DNA of 32,000 nt from Acaryochloris thomasi RCC1774. GTDB taxonomy: Bacteria; Cyanobacteriota; Cyanobacteriia; Thermosynechococcales; Thermosynechococcaceae. Below are positions 7,699-17,139 of this stretch, piece after piece. The position numbers were made by a program, and so were the translations under genes. The notes beneath the pieces are model-generated. The model was not told where the DNA came from and did not search any database. It saw only the letters and a program-made list of their open reading frames with translations. Numbering within the stretch: the stretch's first letter is position 1; every line of letters starts with the position of its first letter. The stretch is from contig NZ_PQWO01000005.1 of the NCBI RefSeq assembly GCF_003231495.1, positions 120,001 through 152,000 of the forward strand. Direction: 5' to 3'.

Positions 7699-9615
7699 CT
7701 ATTCTGACTCGGAAACATCAGGAACCGATTCCGGCGCACTTTCAACGGCCTCTGGCCTAGATCTTGAAGGTGCTGTGGGCCGCTGGCGTTGCTGGATCTG
7801 AGGCCGCTGGCGCTGTTGACGAGCTGCTTCACGCCGCCGCCGTTCAGCTAGAATGGCATCGCGCTGACCTGCCCAGCGCGAGATTCGTCTCTGGGCATCA
7901 TAGTATAGGGCTCTGCCATATCGAATCTGTGAGGCTTTCGAGATCGCCCTCGACAGACTTCCGCGGCTGGCAAGGGCTTCCGCCTCATTTAAGATGGGTC
8001 GATCTTCAGCCGTCTGAATCTGAGCGACCCAATCAGCAATGTCAGATCGAGCATCAGAATAGAGAGCCCGATCTGATTCAATTTTTCTGGCAATTTGGAC
8101 TGCATCATTCAAGTCACCTGATTTAGCTTTAGCTCTAGCTTCTTCAAGGATCGGCCGATCTTCAATTTTCTCGATTTCATTTTCCCATTCTGCAACTAGG
8201 CTCTGGGCATCGAGTCTTAGGGGTTGACCAATCTCGACCTTGCGGGCAGCTGAGATCGCAGCTTGGTAGCCTGGAACCGTTTTTTGAGTTGCAAACCGAC
8301 GAGATCGAGTTATGTGCTGACGATCGTTGTAGGTCTCAATTTGCTTGGTCCATTGCGCAATCAAAGTTTGTGCTTCAATACGCTGGGGCTGCTCAGCTTT
8401 AACCAGGGCTGCATGATTAATCGCAGCTTGATAAGTAAAGATACTGTCAACATTGGCAAACAGCTTGGCCAGCTGAAGTTGACCAAAATTACGAATTTGC
8501 TGCTCCCATTCATCCACTCTCTCTTGACCTTCAGTCTGAGCCATCTCTTTGTCACCGACCTGCTGCGCCAAAGCCCAAGCCTGTAAATAAGAAAGAACAT
8601 CTTCTTCTTCCGCCACAACCTCAGCCCGACCCAGTTGAATCAGTGCGGTCGCGTCTTTTGCAGCTTCAGTATTTGGGGGGATTTTCTGAGCAGCGGCAAC
8701 GGCCTGATCAAACTCTCCTCGTTCAGCTCGATACTCAGCAATTTCCAGTAAGTCTTCGCTCCATTCCTCAACTGTTTCCTGGCCTTTTTCACGGGCCAGT
8801 CGTTTCGAATCGATTGTACTCACAAGCTGAATCGCTTCAGCAATCTTCTCAGGGCGACGGCGGCTGTACTTGCCTACACTTCGAGTCACGCTTTGAGCTT
8901 CGTAGAGAATCTTGAAGGCTTCTTTTTCAATCGCCATCTCCTTGAGAAGCTGATCGGCACGATCCTGCCAATACTGATCACCCAACTCCACGAGAGACCG
9001 GACTCTCAGCGTGGCCTGCGTCCAGTTCTGCTCCTTAATCTGTTCACGGGCCTCTTCTAAAATCTTTTGTCCCTTACCCCGATTTTCCTGCCACTTACTG
9101 ATCAGTGCCTGCGCCTCAGTATGGGACTCCACCGTTTCTGGGACTTGGTTGGCTAATTCAACAGCTTTCTTGAGGTCTCCACTGTCCATCTCACGGCGGG
9201 CCATCACTAACATGGCCTTGGACCACTCATCTGCTAGGTCACTAGCCCGCACATAAAGAGGATTGTCTTTATCCCATGAACTCACGAGCTTCAGAGCTGA
9301 GGATAAAGACTCAACATCTCCCTTACGAGCTACTTGGTCAGCACAGTCCAGACGGTCAGCATCTGAGAGCGTGGGTGCTATCTTGCAGTTAGGTGACGGC
9401 GGTAAACTCGACAGCCACCGAAAGGCAGTCACCCCAGTGAGCCAAGAGACCACCAGGACAATAACCCAGGGCCACGCTCGCCACTGTGAAACGCCTACAA
9501 AGGCTTTCTGCACCTTAGCAACGTGGAGAGAACCTTGTGATAGCTCAGCAGCCTCATTTTCGAGAGTCTTATCGACGGCTGAGGAGCCTCCCTCAGTTGT
9601 GCCTTTGTTAGTCAT
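7699..9615 (-). CDS. Hypothetical membrane-anchored repeat protein, 638 aa
   Basis: It has one N-terminal TM helix (AWPWVIVLVVSWLTGVTAFRWL). This is followed by helical repeat modules of about 40 aa (xAQxLIxxWxxxIExxxDRPILxEAxxxAxxGxLxxAIxxAxxI) and a basic Q/R-rich C-terminus. I recognise no catalytic motif. Confidence 0.6.
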   Translation of the reverse strand: MTNKGTTEGGSSAVDKTLENEAAELSQGSLHVAKVQKAFVGVSQWRAWPWVIVLVVSWLTGVTAFRWLSSLPPSPNCKIAPTLSDADRLDCADQVARKGDVESLSSALKLVSSWDKDNPLYVRASDLADEWSKAMLVMARREMDSGDLKKAVELANQVPETVESHTEAQALISKWQENRGKGQKILEEAREQIKEQNWTQATLRVRSLVELGDQYWQDRADQLLKEMAIEKEAFKILYEAQSVTRSVGKYSRRRPEKIAEAIQLVSTIDSKRLAREKGQETVEEWSEDLLEIAEYRAERGEFDQAVAAAQKIPPNTEAAKDATALIQLGRAEVVAEEEDVLSYLQAWALAQQVGDKEMAQTEGQERVDEWEQQIRNFGQLQLAKLFANVDSIFTYQAAINHAALVKAEQPQRIEAQTLIAQWTKQIETYNDRQHITRSRRFATQKTVPGYQAAISAARKVEIGQPLRLDAQSLVAEWENEIEKIEDRPILEEARAKAKSGDLNDAVQIARKIESDRALYSDARSDIADWVAQIQTAEDRPILNEAEALASRGSLSRAISKASQIRYGRALYYDAQRRISRWAGQRDAILAERRRREAARQQRQRPQIQQRQRPTAPSRSRPEAVESAPESVPDVSESE

Positions 9616-9763
9616 TACGCAAAGTTAGATAATCTAGCAATCAGCTCAATTAACAGCATGATGGTGTCAAGCGTCAGATAGAGCGATCGCTGGACAGCTC
9701 CCTAGCATCAATATGTAGATAATAGGCTTAAAGTGAAAGAAATTGTTAGTGCTTTCCTTGAGA

Positions 9764-9803
9764 GCCGAAAAAAATCCCCTTCAGCAAAAGCTTTAGGGGA
9801 TTT
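9764..9803 (-). terminator. Intrinsic terminator downstream of rplT
   Basis: A 9-bp stem pairs AAATCCCCT (9772-9780) with AGGGGATTT (9795-9803) around a 14-nt loop. On the minus-strand transcript the 3' arm runs into a U-tract (AGGGGAUUUUUUUCGG). It starts 28 nt after the rplT stop. Confidence 0.6.
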
Positions 9804-9830
9804 GATAAAGTATCAGCAACCTCAGCCAGA

Positions 9831-10172
9831 TCAACTCGAAACTGAAACCACTTTAGAAAAAGTAGCTGGGTCGGTTGCGGCAAGCTGAGCCAGCATTTTG
9901 CGGTTAATCTGCACATCAGCCTTTTTCATTTGCCCCATCAACTTGCTATAGCTGACGCCGTTCTGACGAGCAGCAGCGTTGATTCGAGCAATCCATAGAC
10001 GTCGAAAATCTCGTTTGCGCTTACGGCGATCGCGATAGGCATTGCGCAGTGCCTTCATAACCTGCTGATTGGCTATCTTAAATAACCGAGAATGGGATCC
10101 GCGAAATCCCTTTGCTAACTTTAGGATTTTCTTGCGGCGTTTGCGCGCAACATTCCCACGCTTGACTCTCAT
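9831..10172 (-). CDS. rplT: 50S ribosomal protein L20
   Basis: [31 protein letters not shown]... is the canonical L20 sequence. Confidence 0.95.
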   Translation of the reverse strand: MRVKRGNVARKRRKKILKLAKGFRGSHSRLFKIANQQVMKALRNAYRDRRKRKRDFRRLWIARINAAARQNGVSYSKLMGQMKKADVQINRKMLAQLAATDPATFSKVVSVSS

Positions 10173-10222
10173 TATGCTTGTTCCTTAATAATCAAATAGC
10201 AATCTCATCAGGCCAACTCACC

Positions 10223-10420
10223 CTAGGAGTAAGGCATCATGGCACTTACATTATCTGCATCACAGTCTTTGACAACTGACTTCTGAGAGAGATCGTTCTT
10301 ACGACTTGTCTTCTTATGCTCTAGAAGATGATTCTTGAATGCCTTACGACGCATGAATTTTCCACTTCCACTGCGTTTAAAGCGTTTTGCGGCAGAACGC
10401 CGGGTTTTGAGCTTAGGCAT
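10223..10420 (-). CDS. rpmI: 50S ribosomal protein L35
   Basis: [36 protein letters not shown] is the canonical L35 sequence. Confidence 0.95.
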   Translation of the reverse strand: MPKLKTRRSAAKRFKRSGSGKFMRRKAFKNHLLEHKKTSRKNDLSQKSVVKDCDADNVSAMMPYS

Positions 10421-10525
10421 GTTGTCTCACGGTAAATCCCAGTTTTTAATCATAAGGCATAGAAGAGAACGAATGCAATGCCCCAACCAAGGTCGTTTTG
10501 CATTTGCACTCAATCAGCCACCCCA

Positions 10526-11029
10526 CTATGGTTCTTGAGAGTCCACAAGCGTTCGCTTTAATGCTTCCAGAGCTGCCCAGCGATGATCGTTTCCTTGATA
10601 CCCCGTTGCCATCAACTCTTGATCCATCCCTTTGCAATCTGAGCTGCAGATTTGACACTGGGGCCATTGCAAACAAAGCTGCTGGTACAGCCAGTCATCC
10701 GGTTCAAAATATCCCTGCGGAGAAATGGTTTCCACAGGTCCCTCAAGCGTAATCTCAGCCTCTAAGTCGGCCCCGTCTGTTTCGAACCACAACATCTCGG
10801 CGACATCTGCAGCTAGCCGATGGTTGTACTGCTGCAAACAGCGATCGCAAGTCAGGGTCACAATTGTCTCCACTTGAGCAGAGACTTGTAGATAATTCCC
10901 CTGGTGGACCGCTTTTAACTGGCCTTTTACAGGCGTCAAGGAGTCAAGGCTCGTCAAGCATTCGTTGACATTAATGAGCTCCGTCTGCTGCCTCGCTTTT
11001 TCTAGCTGAGGGATATAGATTGCATCCAT
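10526..11029 (-). CDS. YceD/DUF177-family protein
   Basis: CDRCL and the C-terminal Cys cluster (CQICSSDCKG) are typical of DUF177. The start is chosen at MDAIYIPQL (ATG 11029) rather than 11065. Confidence 0.8.
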   Translation of the reverse strand: MDAIYIPQLEKARQQTELINVNECLTSLDSLTPVKGQLKAVHQGNYLQVSAQVETIVTLTCDRCLQQYNHRLAADVAEMLWFETDGADLEAEITLEGPVETISPQGYFEPDDWLYQQLCLQWPQCQICSSDCKGMDQELMATGYQGNDHRWAALEALKRTLVDSQEP

Positions 11030-11071
11030 TTGCGTTTTTCCTGAGCGCGACCTAGCCCAAGGCAAAAGCGT

Positions 11072-11584
11072 TTAGCTTTGCTCTTCTGATGACATAGGAG
11101 AAATCATCAAGCGGCGGTCTGCCCCTTCTCCTTGACTATGGGTTTCTAAGTCAGCTTCATCACACAAAATCGTGTGTACCAACCGTCGCTCAGCACCTGA
11201 TAACGGCGGCATCTGATATTCCTCTTTACTTTCCCGAACCTTAGAAGCCGCTTCAGCCGCTAAGGCAGAAAGTTCTGTATATCGCTGCGCCCTGAAGGTT
11301 CCAAGCTCAACGGTATAGGCTTCTCGCTCTTCATCTGAACGGCCCATATTGATCGTGGAATTCAGCAGATACTGCATCGCATCAAGAGCAGCCATATCTC
11401 GTGCTGTGAAGACCTGCACCTGCTCAGACGAGAGTACTTCAGCATCAATCGTCAGCCAGGTACCACTAGACTCTAGTAGTTGAGGGTTGGTGATATCGGG
11501 AGGATCTACGCTAATTGTCGCCTCTAGGCCACAGCGCAATAGCAACTCGCTCAGCCATTGCTTCCCTTGGTTATCTTCGCTCAT
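11072..11584 (-). CDS. Jag-like KH/R3H-domain RNA-binding protein
   Basis: It has the C-terminal R3H pattern [36 protein letters not shown]. It lies immediately downstream of yidC, with a 4-nt ATGA start/stop overlap. Confidence 0.8.
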   Translation of the reverse strand: MSEDNQGKQWLSELLLRCGLEATISVDPPDITNPQLLESSGTWLTIDAEVLSSEQVQVFTARDMAALDAMQYLLNSTINMGRSDEEREAYTVELGTFRAQRYTELSALAAEAASKVRESKEEYQMPPLSGAERRLVHTILCDEADLETHSQGEGADRRLMISPMSSEEQS

Positions 11585-12789
11585 GAGTCAGCATTCTTAG
11601 AGTACTCAGGCTCGAAGGGAAGGGGCTTACGATCCTCATCATCCCCAGGCTTAGCAGATTTCATAGGTGAAGCCTTGGCTGCCTTCCGCTGTTCTTCGTC
11701 TACAATCTTTTGCAAATTTTCGGGTAGCGGCTCACGGGCAAGGAAGAAGCTCTGAACGGTCTGAAAGACGTTGGCAATCAACATATAGAGCAACACACCA
11801 GCCGGTAGGGGAAAGAACAGAAACATCCCAGAAAACATCACGGGCATGTATTTCTGAATCGCCTGCTGCTGTCCTTGGCCGCTGCCGCTCTGGCCTGAAA
11901 ACAGTTGATTGATGTAGAGCGAGATGCCAAATCCAATCACCATTAGCAAAATATCCCAGTGAATCGCATCACTATTGAACCGTGTACCACCATCAGCGGT
12001 TTCCGTCATCAAATCGCCCTCAAGCGCCCCCACGCGGCCCAGAGCTTTGATAAACAAAAAGCCTTTCTGAGCAGCGATTCCAGGTACAGAGCCCTGCAGA
12101 GTTGCATCTCCGGGCTGCAAAGCTTTGAGATGACCTTGAGCATCGAGTGCCACACGGTCTTCACCTTTGATCACAGACCAAGTTGGGCGAATCTCACTAC
12201 TTGGATAATCACTGAGAACATCCGAGAACGGCTTGCCCGTTACGGTTTGCAGCTCAACTTTTGCATTGTCTCCCACTGCCAGACGATTCCCGGCAGGAAC
12301 AATCGCAGCTACAGAGTAATGAATCCCCTCATCCACGTAGATATTTTGTGGCTTGGTTGAGAACGGTTGAACGTCAACTTGCTCGATTTTGTCCTGGGGT
12401 AAAACCTTGACATTGACGGAGTACTTAATGTCGGCAAAGGGCGACCCCCGCAGAGTAGCAAATAGGGCAAATAAGATGGGCATCTGCAGCAGAAGAGGCA
12501 GACAGCCAGCAAGAGGGTTACCAAATTCTTGAATAATTTTGGCCTGCTCTTCTTGCATCTTGGTCGGGTTATCTTTGTAGCGCTCTTTAACCTCTTGCTG
12601 ACGCTTCTGCATCGCCGGTTGAGCCACTTTCATGCGCCGCATGTTGCGAATTTGCCCCGCACTCACCGGGTACAGCGCAAAGCGAATGACTAACGTCAAC
12701 GCCACAATCGCAAGACCATAGCTGGGCACGATTCCGTAGAAAAAATCTAGGATCGGCAACATGATGTTATTCGAGAGATATCCAATCAT
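11581..12789 (-). CDS. yidC: Membrane protein insertase YidC
   Basis: Supporting motifs are [28 protein letters not shown]-like [23 protein letters not shown] and [20 protein letters not shown]. The synteny with rnpA and rpmH also fits. Confidence 0.9.
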   Translation of the reverse strand: MIGYLSNNIMLPILDFFYGIVPSYGLAIVALTLVIRFALYPVSAGQIRNMRRMKVAQPAMQKRQQEVKERYKDNPTKMQEEQAKIIQEFGNPLAGCLPLLLQMPILFALFATLRGSPFADIKYSVNVKVLPQDKIEQVDVQPFSTKPQNIYVDEGIHYSVAAIVPAGNRLAVGDNAKVELQTVTGKPFSDVLSDYPSSEIRPTWSVIKGEDRVALDAQGHLKALQPGDATLQGSVPGIAAQKGFLFIKALGRVGALEGDLMTETADGGTRFNSDAIHWDILLMVIGFGISLYINQLFSGQSGSGQGQQQAIQKYMPVMFSGMFLFFPLPAGVLLYMLIANVFQTVQSFFLAREPLPENLQKIVDEEQRKAAKASPMKSAKPGDDEDRKPLPFEPEYSKNADS

Positions 12790-12895
12790 TCGTTACGCTG
12801 ACCTTTGCACAAAATATTAAGTAGATAAATTAAGGACTCACGTATGCCAAACTCCAGAGATCAGGAGCTTCTACAGTTTGCCCGTTGAATAAAGA

Positions 12896-13282
12896 CTAGC
12901 TGGCGGCAACTGCGGTCTTCTTGGGAGACTTGATGTGATCTTCAATATAGGCCGACACTTCTCTAAACTTAGGCACAGCTCTCATCTCTAAGCGACTGCC
13001 ATCATCTAGTGTGATCACCATATCTCCCCAAGACCCAAAGCCTCTAGGAACCGTCACGATCTTCGCAATCTCGCCATAGATAATATCGGACCGGGTACGA
13101 CCAAACCATCCACCTGTAACGATTACGCGTCGGCTAGTAATTTTATATCGAACCCAAATGGCTCTGACAATTGCGCCGATTGTGAACGGCAAGCAAATAA
13201 TCGTCATTCCCATCAAAAGGTTGATCAGCAGATCGCCACGATGAGGGGCTCCCTCAAAATAGGTGTCCTCTTTAATGCCCAT
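12896..13282 (-). CDS. Bacterial PH-domain (bPH_2/YdbS-like) membrane protein
   Basis: An N-terminal TM hairpin is followed by YKITSRRVIVTGGWFGRTRSDIIYGEI...GDMVITLDDGSRLEM. It overlaps the rnpA stop by 11 nt. Confidence 0.75.
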   Translation of the reverse strand: MGIKEDTYFEGAPHRGDLLINLLMGMTIICLPFTIGAIVRAIWVRYKITSRRVIVTGGWFGRTRSDIIYGEIAKIVTVPRGFGSWGDMVITLDDGSRLEMRAVPKFREVSAYIEDHIKSPKKTAVAAS

Positions 13283-13634
13283 GTAGGATCTCCGCTTGTG
13301 TAAACAACTGTTTCAATTGTTGCAGAAATTGCTGATAACTGCACTGCAAAGCAGTCGATCGTACAACAAGAACGATATCTTGTCCTGGCTTTATCTGGGG
13401 CAAAAGCTGCGAACAAGCGGCTCGGAGTTGGCGCTTCAGGCGATTTCGCACGACAGCGCGCTTGCTAACCTTCTGGCTAATTGAAATTCCGATTCGAGTT
13501 GGCGAAACCGCGTCTTGGGCATGGGGTCGCCGATAAACTCTTAAAGATAAGTCAGCAGAATTTCGACGGTAACCGCGTTGGTAGACCGTCAAAAAGTCTT
13601 GTGTTTTTCTCAATCGGTGCAGCTTCGATAACAC
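13272..13634 (-). CDS. rnpA: Ribonuclease P protein component
   Basis: It is a 120 aa basic protein with the RNR-like motif KRAVVRNRLKRQLR. It lies directly downstream of rpmH. Confidence 0.9.
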   Translation of the reverse strand: MLSKLHRLRKTQDFLTVYQRGYRRNSADLSLRVYRRPHAQDAVSPTRIGISISQKVSKRAVVRNRLKRQLRAACSQLLPQIKPGQDIVLVVRSTALQCSYQQFLQQLKQLFTQAEILHGH

Positions 13635-13677
13635 GAGTAGCCATCAACCTGTCTATTCGGGTAGGTGAGAGACGAGG

Positions 13678-13815
13678 TTAAACAGCCAGCCGCGCCCGAC
13701 CTTTACGGCGACGAGCTTTAATCACGTTTTGACCATTTTTAGTCCGCATTCGAGCCCTGAAGCCCGAGGTTCTCTTGCGCTTACGGTTGGTACCGCCTAA
13801 TGTGCGTTTCGTCAT
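13678..13815 (-). CDS. rpmH: 50S ribosomal protein L34
   Basis: Not in the ORF track because it is only 45 aa. Hand translation gives [45 protein letters not shown], the canonical L34 sequence. Confidence 0.95.
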   Translation of the reverse strand: MTKRTLGGTNRKRKRTSGFRARMRTKNGQNVIKARRRKGRARLAV

Positions 13816-13925
13816 GTCGTTAACTCAAAGGTTATCCTGCAATGGCCCTAAGTAGAGCTTAGAACTCATCGTCTACAATCTTATCACCAGCTCTTCATCT
13901 GAGCTGCGTCCGCCCATCTGCTCAG

Positions 13926-15329
13926 TTGAGGTTCCCTGTGGAAAGCACCGTTGAAAATCTATGGAGTCAAGTTCTGGAGCGACTGCAGCTACAGCTCAGT
14001 CGGCCCACGTTTGAAACCTGGATCAAGACGGCCAGTGCGGAAGAACTACAGGATAACTGCTTGGTCATCCATACGCCCAACCCCTTTGCCCGCAACTGGA
14101 TTCAGAAGTATTACATCAAAACCATTGCCAGCGTGGTTCATGATATTCTCGGCCACCCTGTTGATATTCGCATTGAGATTGCCCAAGGTGACGATCTCAG
14201 TACGGCGAATGATATAGAGTCTCCGTCTTTGCCGCCAACGCCGCCAGCAGCTCAGGGAGCAGAAACCAACGGAGCAAAGGAGAAAGACCGTAAACGCGCT
14301 AGCCCATTGAATCCGAAGTATGCCTTTTCTCGATACGTGGTGGGTCCGAATAATCGCATGGCTCATGCGGCCTGTCTAGCGGTGGCAGAGTATCCGGGCC
14401 GGGAATATAACCCTCTGTTTCTCTGTGGCGGCGTTGGTTTGGGCAAGACCCATCTCATGCAGGCAATTGGCCATTATCGTCTGGAAATTCAGCCTGATTC
14501 TAAGATTTTCTATATTTCGACTGAGCAGTTCACGAATGATCTGATTGCGGCGATTCGTAAGGATGGTATGCAGAGCTTCCGCGAACACTATCGAGCTGTG
14601 GACGTGATGCTGGTGGATGATATTCAGTTCATTGAGGGGAAAGAGTACACTCAAGAAGAATTTTTCCATACGTTCAATACCCTGCACGAAGCTGGTAAGC
14701 AGGTGGTCCTCGCTTCAGACCGTCAACCGAGCCAAATTCCGAGGCTGCAGGAGCGCCTTTGTTCTCGATTTTCAATGGGCCTGATCGCTGATATTCAGCC
14801 CCCTGACTTAGAAACGCGGATGGCGATTCTGCAGAAAAAGGCTGAATACGAAAGCATTCGTCTGCCCAGAGAGGTGATTGAGTATATTGCTTCGAGCTAT
14901 ACCTCTAACATTCGGGAGCTGGAGGGGGCTTTGATTCGCGCGGTTGCCTACATCTCGATTTCGGGCCTGCCGATGACGGTTGCCAATATTGCTCCGGTCT
15001 TGAATCCGCCAACAGAGAAGGTGGCGGCCTCTCCTGAGACGATCATGGCGGCCATTGTCGAAACCTATGGAATCTCAACAGAGGATCTGAAGAGCAATTC
15101 TCGCCGCCGTGAAATTAGCCTAGCTCGCCAAATCGGCATGTATCTGATGCGGCAGCACACAGATTTGAGCCTGCCCAAGATCGGTGAGGAGTTTGGCGGC
15201 AAAGACCACACGACAGTCATGTACAGCTGCGAGAAGGTCTCGGTTCTAGAAACAAATGACCCTGATGTGGCACAACAGCTCCGGCAGTTAAGCGATCGCA
15301 TCAATCTCGCCAGCAACCAGGCAGACTAA
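13926..15329 (+). CDS. dnaA: Chromosomal replication initiator protein DnaA
   Basis: It has the AAA+ Walker [11 protein letters not shown], the box VII and sensor motifs, and the C-terminal DNA-binding HTH ([15 protein letters not shown]). The start is ambiguous: TTG at 13926 or an in-frame GTG at 13938. Confidence 0.95.
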   Translation: MRFPVESTVENLWSQVLERLQLQLSRPTFETWIKTASAEELQDNCLVIHTPNPFARNWIQKYYIKTIASVVHDILGHPVDIRIEIAQGDDLSTANDIESPSLPPTPPAAQGAETNGAKEKDRKRASPLNPKYAFSRYVVGPNNRMAHAACLAVAEYPGREYNPLFLCGGVGLGKTHLMQAIGHYRLEIQPDSKIFYISTEQFTNDLIAAIRKDGMQSFREHYRAVDVMLVDDIQFIEGKEYTQEEFFHTFNTLHEAGKQVVLASDRQPSQIPRLQERLCSRFSMGLIADIQPPDLETRMAILQKKAEYESIRLPREVIEYIASSYTSNIRELEGALIRAVAYISISGLPMTVANIAPVLNPPTEKVAASPETIMAAIVETYGISTEDLKSNSRRREISLARQIGMYLMRQHTDLSLPKIGEEFGGKDHTTVMYSCEKVSVLETNDPDVAQQLRQLSDRINLASNQAD

Positions 15330-15339
15330 CGTCCAAAAA

Positions 15340-15670
15340 ACCTGCTCTCAAAGACTTACAGCTACTTAAAACCAATATGTATATTTTTATATATTAACTT
15401 ATGTAAACCTCAAAAAAGCCTGTGGAAAACTCGGCTTTTTTTGTGGAAAAATCTGTGGAAAACTCTGTGGAAAACTCTGGGTGTCTGTGGATAAATAAAA
15501 AGTAATTAACAGCCTGTGGAAAACTCGCGTTTTTTTCCACAGGTTTTCCACAGGTGGTAAATCGCTCTATTCCTTTCAGAGTAGAAACTCCACGATCTTT
15601 TCCACAGTTTCCACAGGCTCTACTACTACTACTATCTTTTAAATTTAAATATTAAGAGAGTAATAGAGGG
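15340..15670. other. oriC: cluster of 10 DnaA boxes flanked by AT-rich tracts
   Basis: Six boxes read TGTGGAAAA or TGTGGATAA on the plus strand: 15421-15429, 15442-15450, 15454-15462, 15466-15474, 15486-15494 (perfect TTATCCACA) and 15515-15523. Four have the opposite orientation, (T/G)TTTCCACA: 15533-15541, 15544-15552, 15598-15606 and 15607-15615. AT-rich tracts lie at 15366-15408 and 15633-15657. Confidence 0.85.
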
Positions 15671-15764
15671 ACAAAAATTGAGCGGATTTTTCAAGGTCGT
15701 GGGCAGGAACCGTTAGTGTTACGATGTGGCAGCTAATCGAGATTGGTGAAGTCACAGGAACCGA

Positions 15765-16880
15765 ATGAAACTGATCTGCAGCCAAGGAGATTTAAGCGCG
15801 AAGCTTTCGTTACTCAGTCGGGTTGTACCGACAAATCCGACCCATCCAGTCCTCGCTAATGTGCTGGTAACGGCAGAAGCTCAGCGCTTGGGACTAGCCG
15901 TTTTTGATCTCAGTTTGGGAATGCAGGTGTGGTTGCCAGCGACGGTTGAGACAGCAGGTTCAATTACTCTCCCGGCTCGGTTTCTCAGCGATATTATTTC
16001 TCGTTTGCCCAGCTCTGATGTGGAGGTGGAGATTGAGGATCTCAGCGCCACGCTCACCTGCGGTATGGGACACTACCAGATGCAGGGATTGGCTGCTGAT
16101 GAGTTTCCGGCTTTGCCGACGCTGGATGAAGTGGAGCCTTTAGAAATTCCAGTGGAGCTGTTGCTTGAAGGACTGCAGGCGACTCTGTTCGCGGCCAGTA
16201 CAGATGAGAGTAAGCAGATTTTGACGGGGCTACATGTAAGTACGTCTGCGGATGGCCTGGAGTTTGCGGCAACGGACGGGCATCGACTTGCGATCGCAAC
16301 CTTCCCCGAAACTATGACCGAAACTCCCATGACTTTGACCATTCCGGCCAAAGCTCTCCGAGAGCTAGAGCGGATGTTGGGCCGTGTCGCTTCGGCAATC
16401 TCTTTTCGGTTTGATAACACGCAAGCTGCCTTTGAGTTGACTACTGAACAGGGAACAGAGCGCCTCAACTGTCGCTTACTAGAGGGACAATACCCCACCT
16501 ATCAGCAACTGGTGCCGACTCAATTTGCACGTCAGGTTACCCTTGACCGGCAGGCGCTTCTGAGTGGTGTTGAGCGCATTGCGGTCTTAGCGGCGCGTAA
16601 GAACAACATCATTCGCCTGCGCCTCAATAGTGAAGAGCAGCAGGTCGCGCTGTCTGCTGAGGCACCGGAATTTGGGACAGGTGAAGAATGTATCCCCGCT
16701 CAAATTTCAGGGGAATCGGTCGAAGTAGCTTTTAACGCTAAATATCTCAGTGACGGCCTCAAATCAATGGCGGCTCAAGAGATTCAACTGCAGCTTAATG
16801 AACCCACTATGCCCGCGATTTTGTCGCCTTTGGGTGGGCGAAAGGTAACCTATCTAATCATGCCGATTCAAATTCGGTAG
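15765..16880 (+). CDS. dnaN: DNA polymerase III beta sliding clamp
   Basis: MKLICSQGDLSAKLSLLSRVVPTNPTHPVLANVLV... is the typical DnaN N-terminus. The 371 aa length and the position after dnaA and oriC also fit. Confidence 0.95.
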   Translation: MKLICSQGDLSAKLSLLSRVVPTNPTHPVLANVLVTAEAQRLGLAVFDLSLGMQVWLPATVETAGSITLPARFLSDIISRLPSSDVEVEIEDLSATLTCGMGHYQMQGLAADEFPALPTLDEVEPLEIPVELLLEGLQATLFAASTDESKQILTGLHVSTSADGLEFAATDGHRLAIATFPETMTETPMTLTIPAKALRELERMLGRVASAISFRFDNTQAAFELTTEQGTERLNCRLLEGQYPTYQQLVPTQFARQVTLDRQALLSGVERIAVLAARKNNIIRLRLNSEEQQVALSAEAPEFGTGEECIPAQISGESVEVAFNAKYLSDGLKSMAAQEIQLQLNEPTMPAILSPLGGRKVTYLIMPIQIR

Positions 16881-17139
16881 TGTGTTGTTGATTTTAGGGT
16901 TGAGATCTGCCGCCCCTGAAACTGCGTGTTAATGTGAGTTGAATTACCTGGGTATTTTAGGCGCAGTTCTGCTGCATTTGTTTGCGTGCTTGTGAATGAT
17001 GACTTTCATGACACGCTGAAATTAAAAAAGAATAGGCAAGCCATACTGTGTGGGGAACGGAGAAAGGCGTTATCAGAGAACGGCAAATGTTCATATGAGG
17101 CTTAATGGGATGATTCACGGTCTTGGGACGAGATAGACC

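Noticed and set aside
13816-13925. Expected DnaA boxes in the rpmH-dnaA divergent promoter.
   Set aside because: Only weak matches are present (TTATCCTGC, TTATCACCA), each with 2-3 mismatches in the core. They are not convincing.
15421-15480. Short tandem direct repeats (CTGTGGAAAACT twice, plus further TGTGGAAAA copies) that could be taken for a mini CRISPR array or a satellite.
   Set aside because: The repeat unit is the DnaA box itself (rc TTTTCCACA). There are no spacers of uniform length and no cas genes. The location between dnaA and dnaN explains it as oriC.
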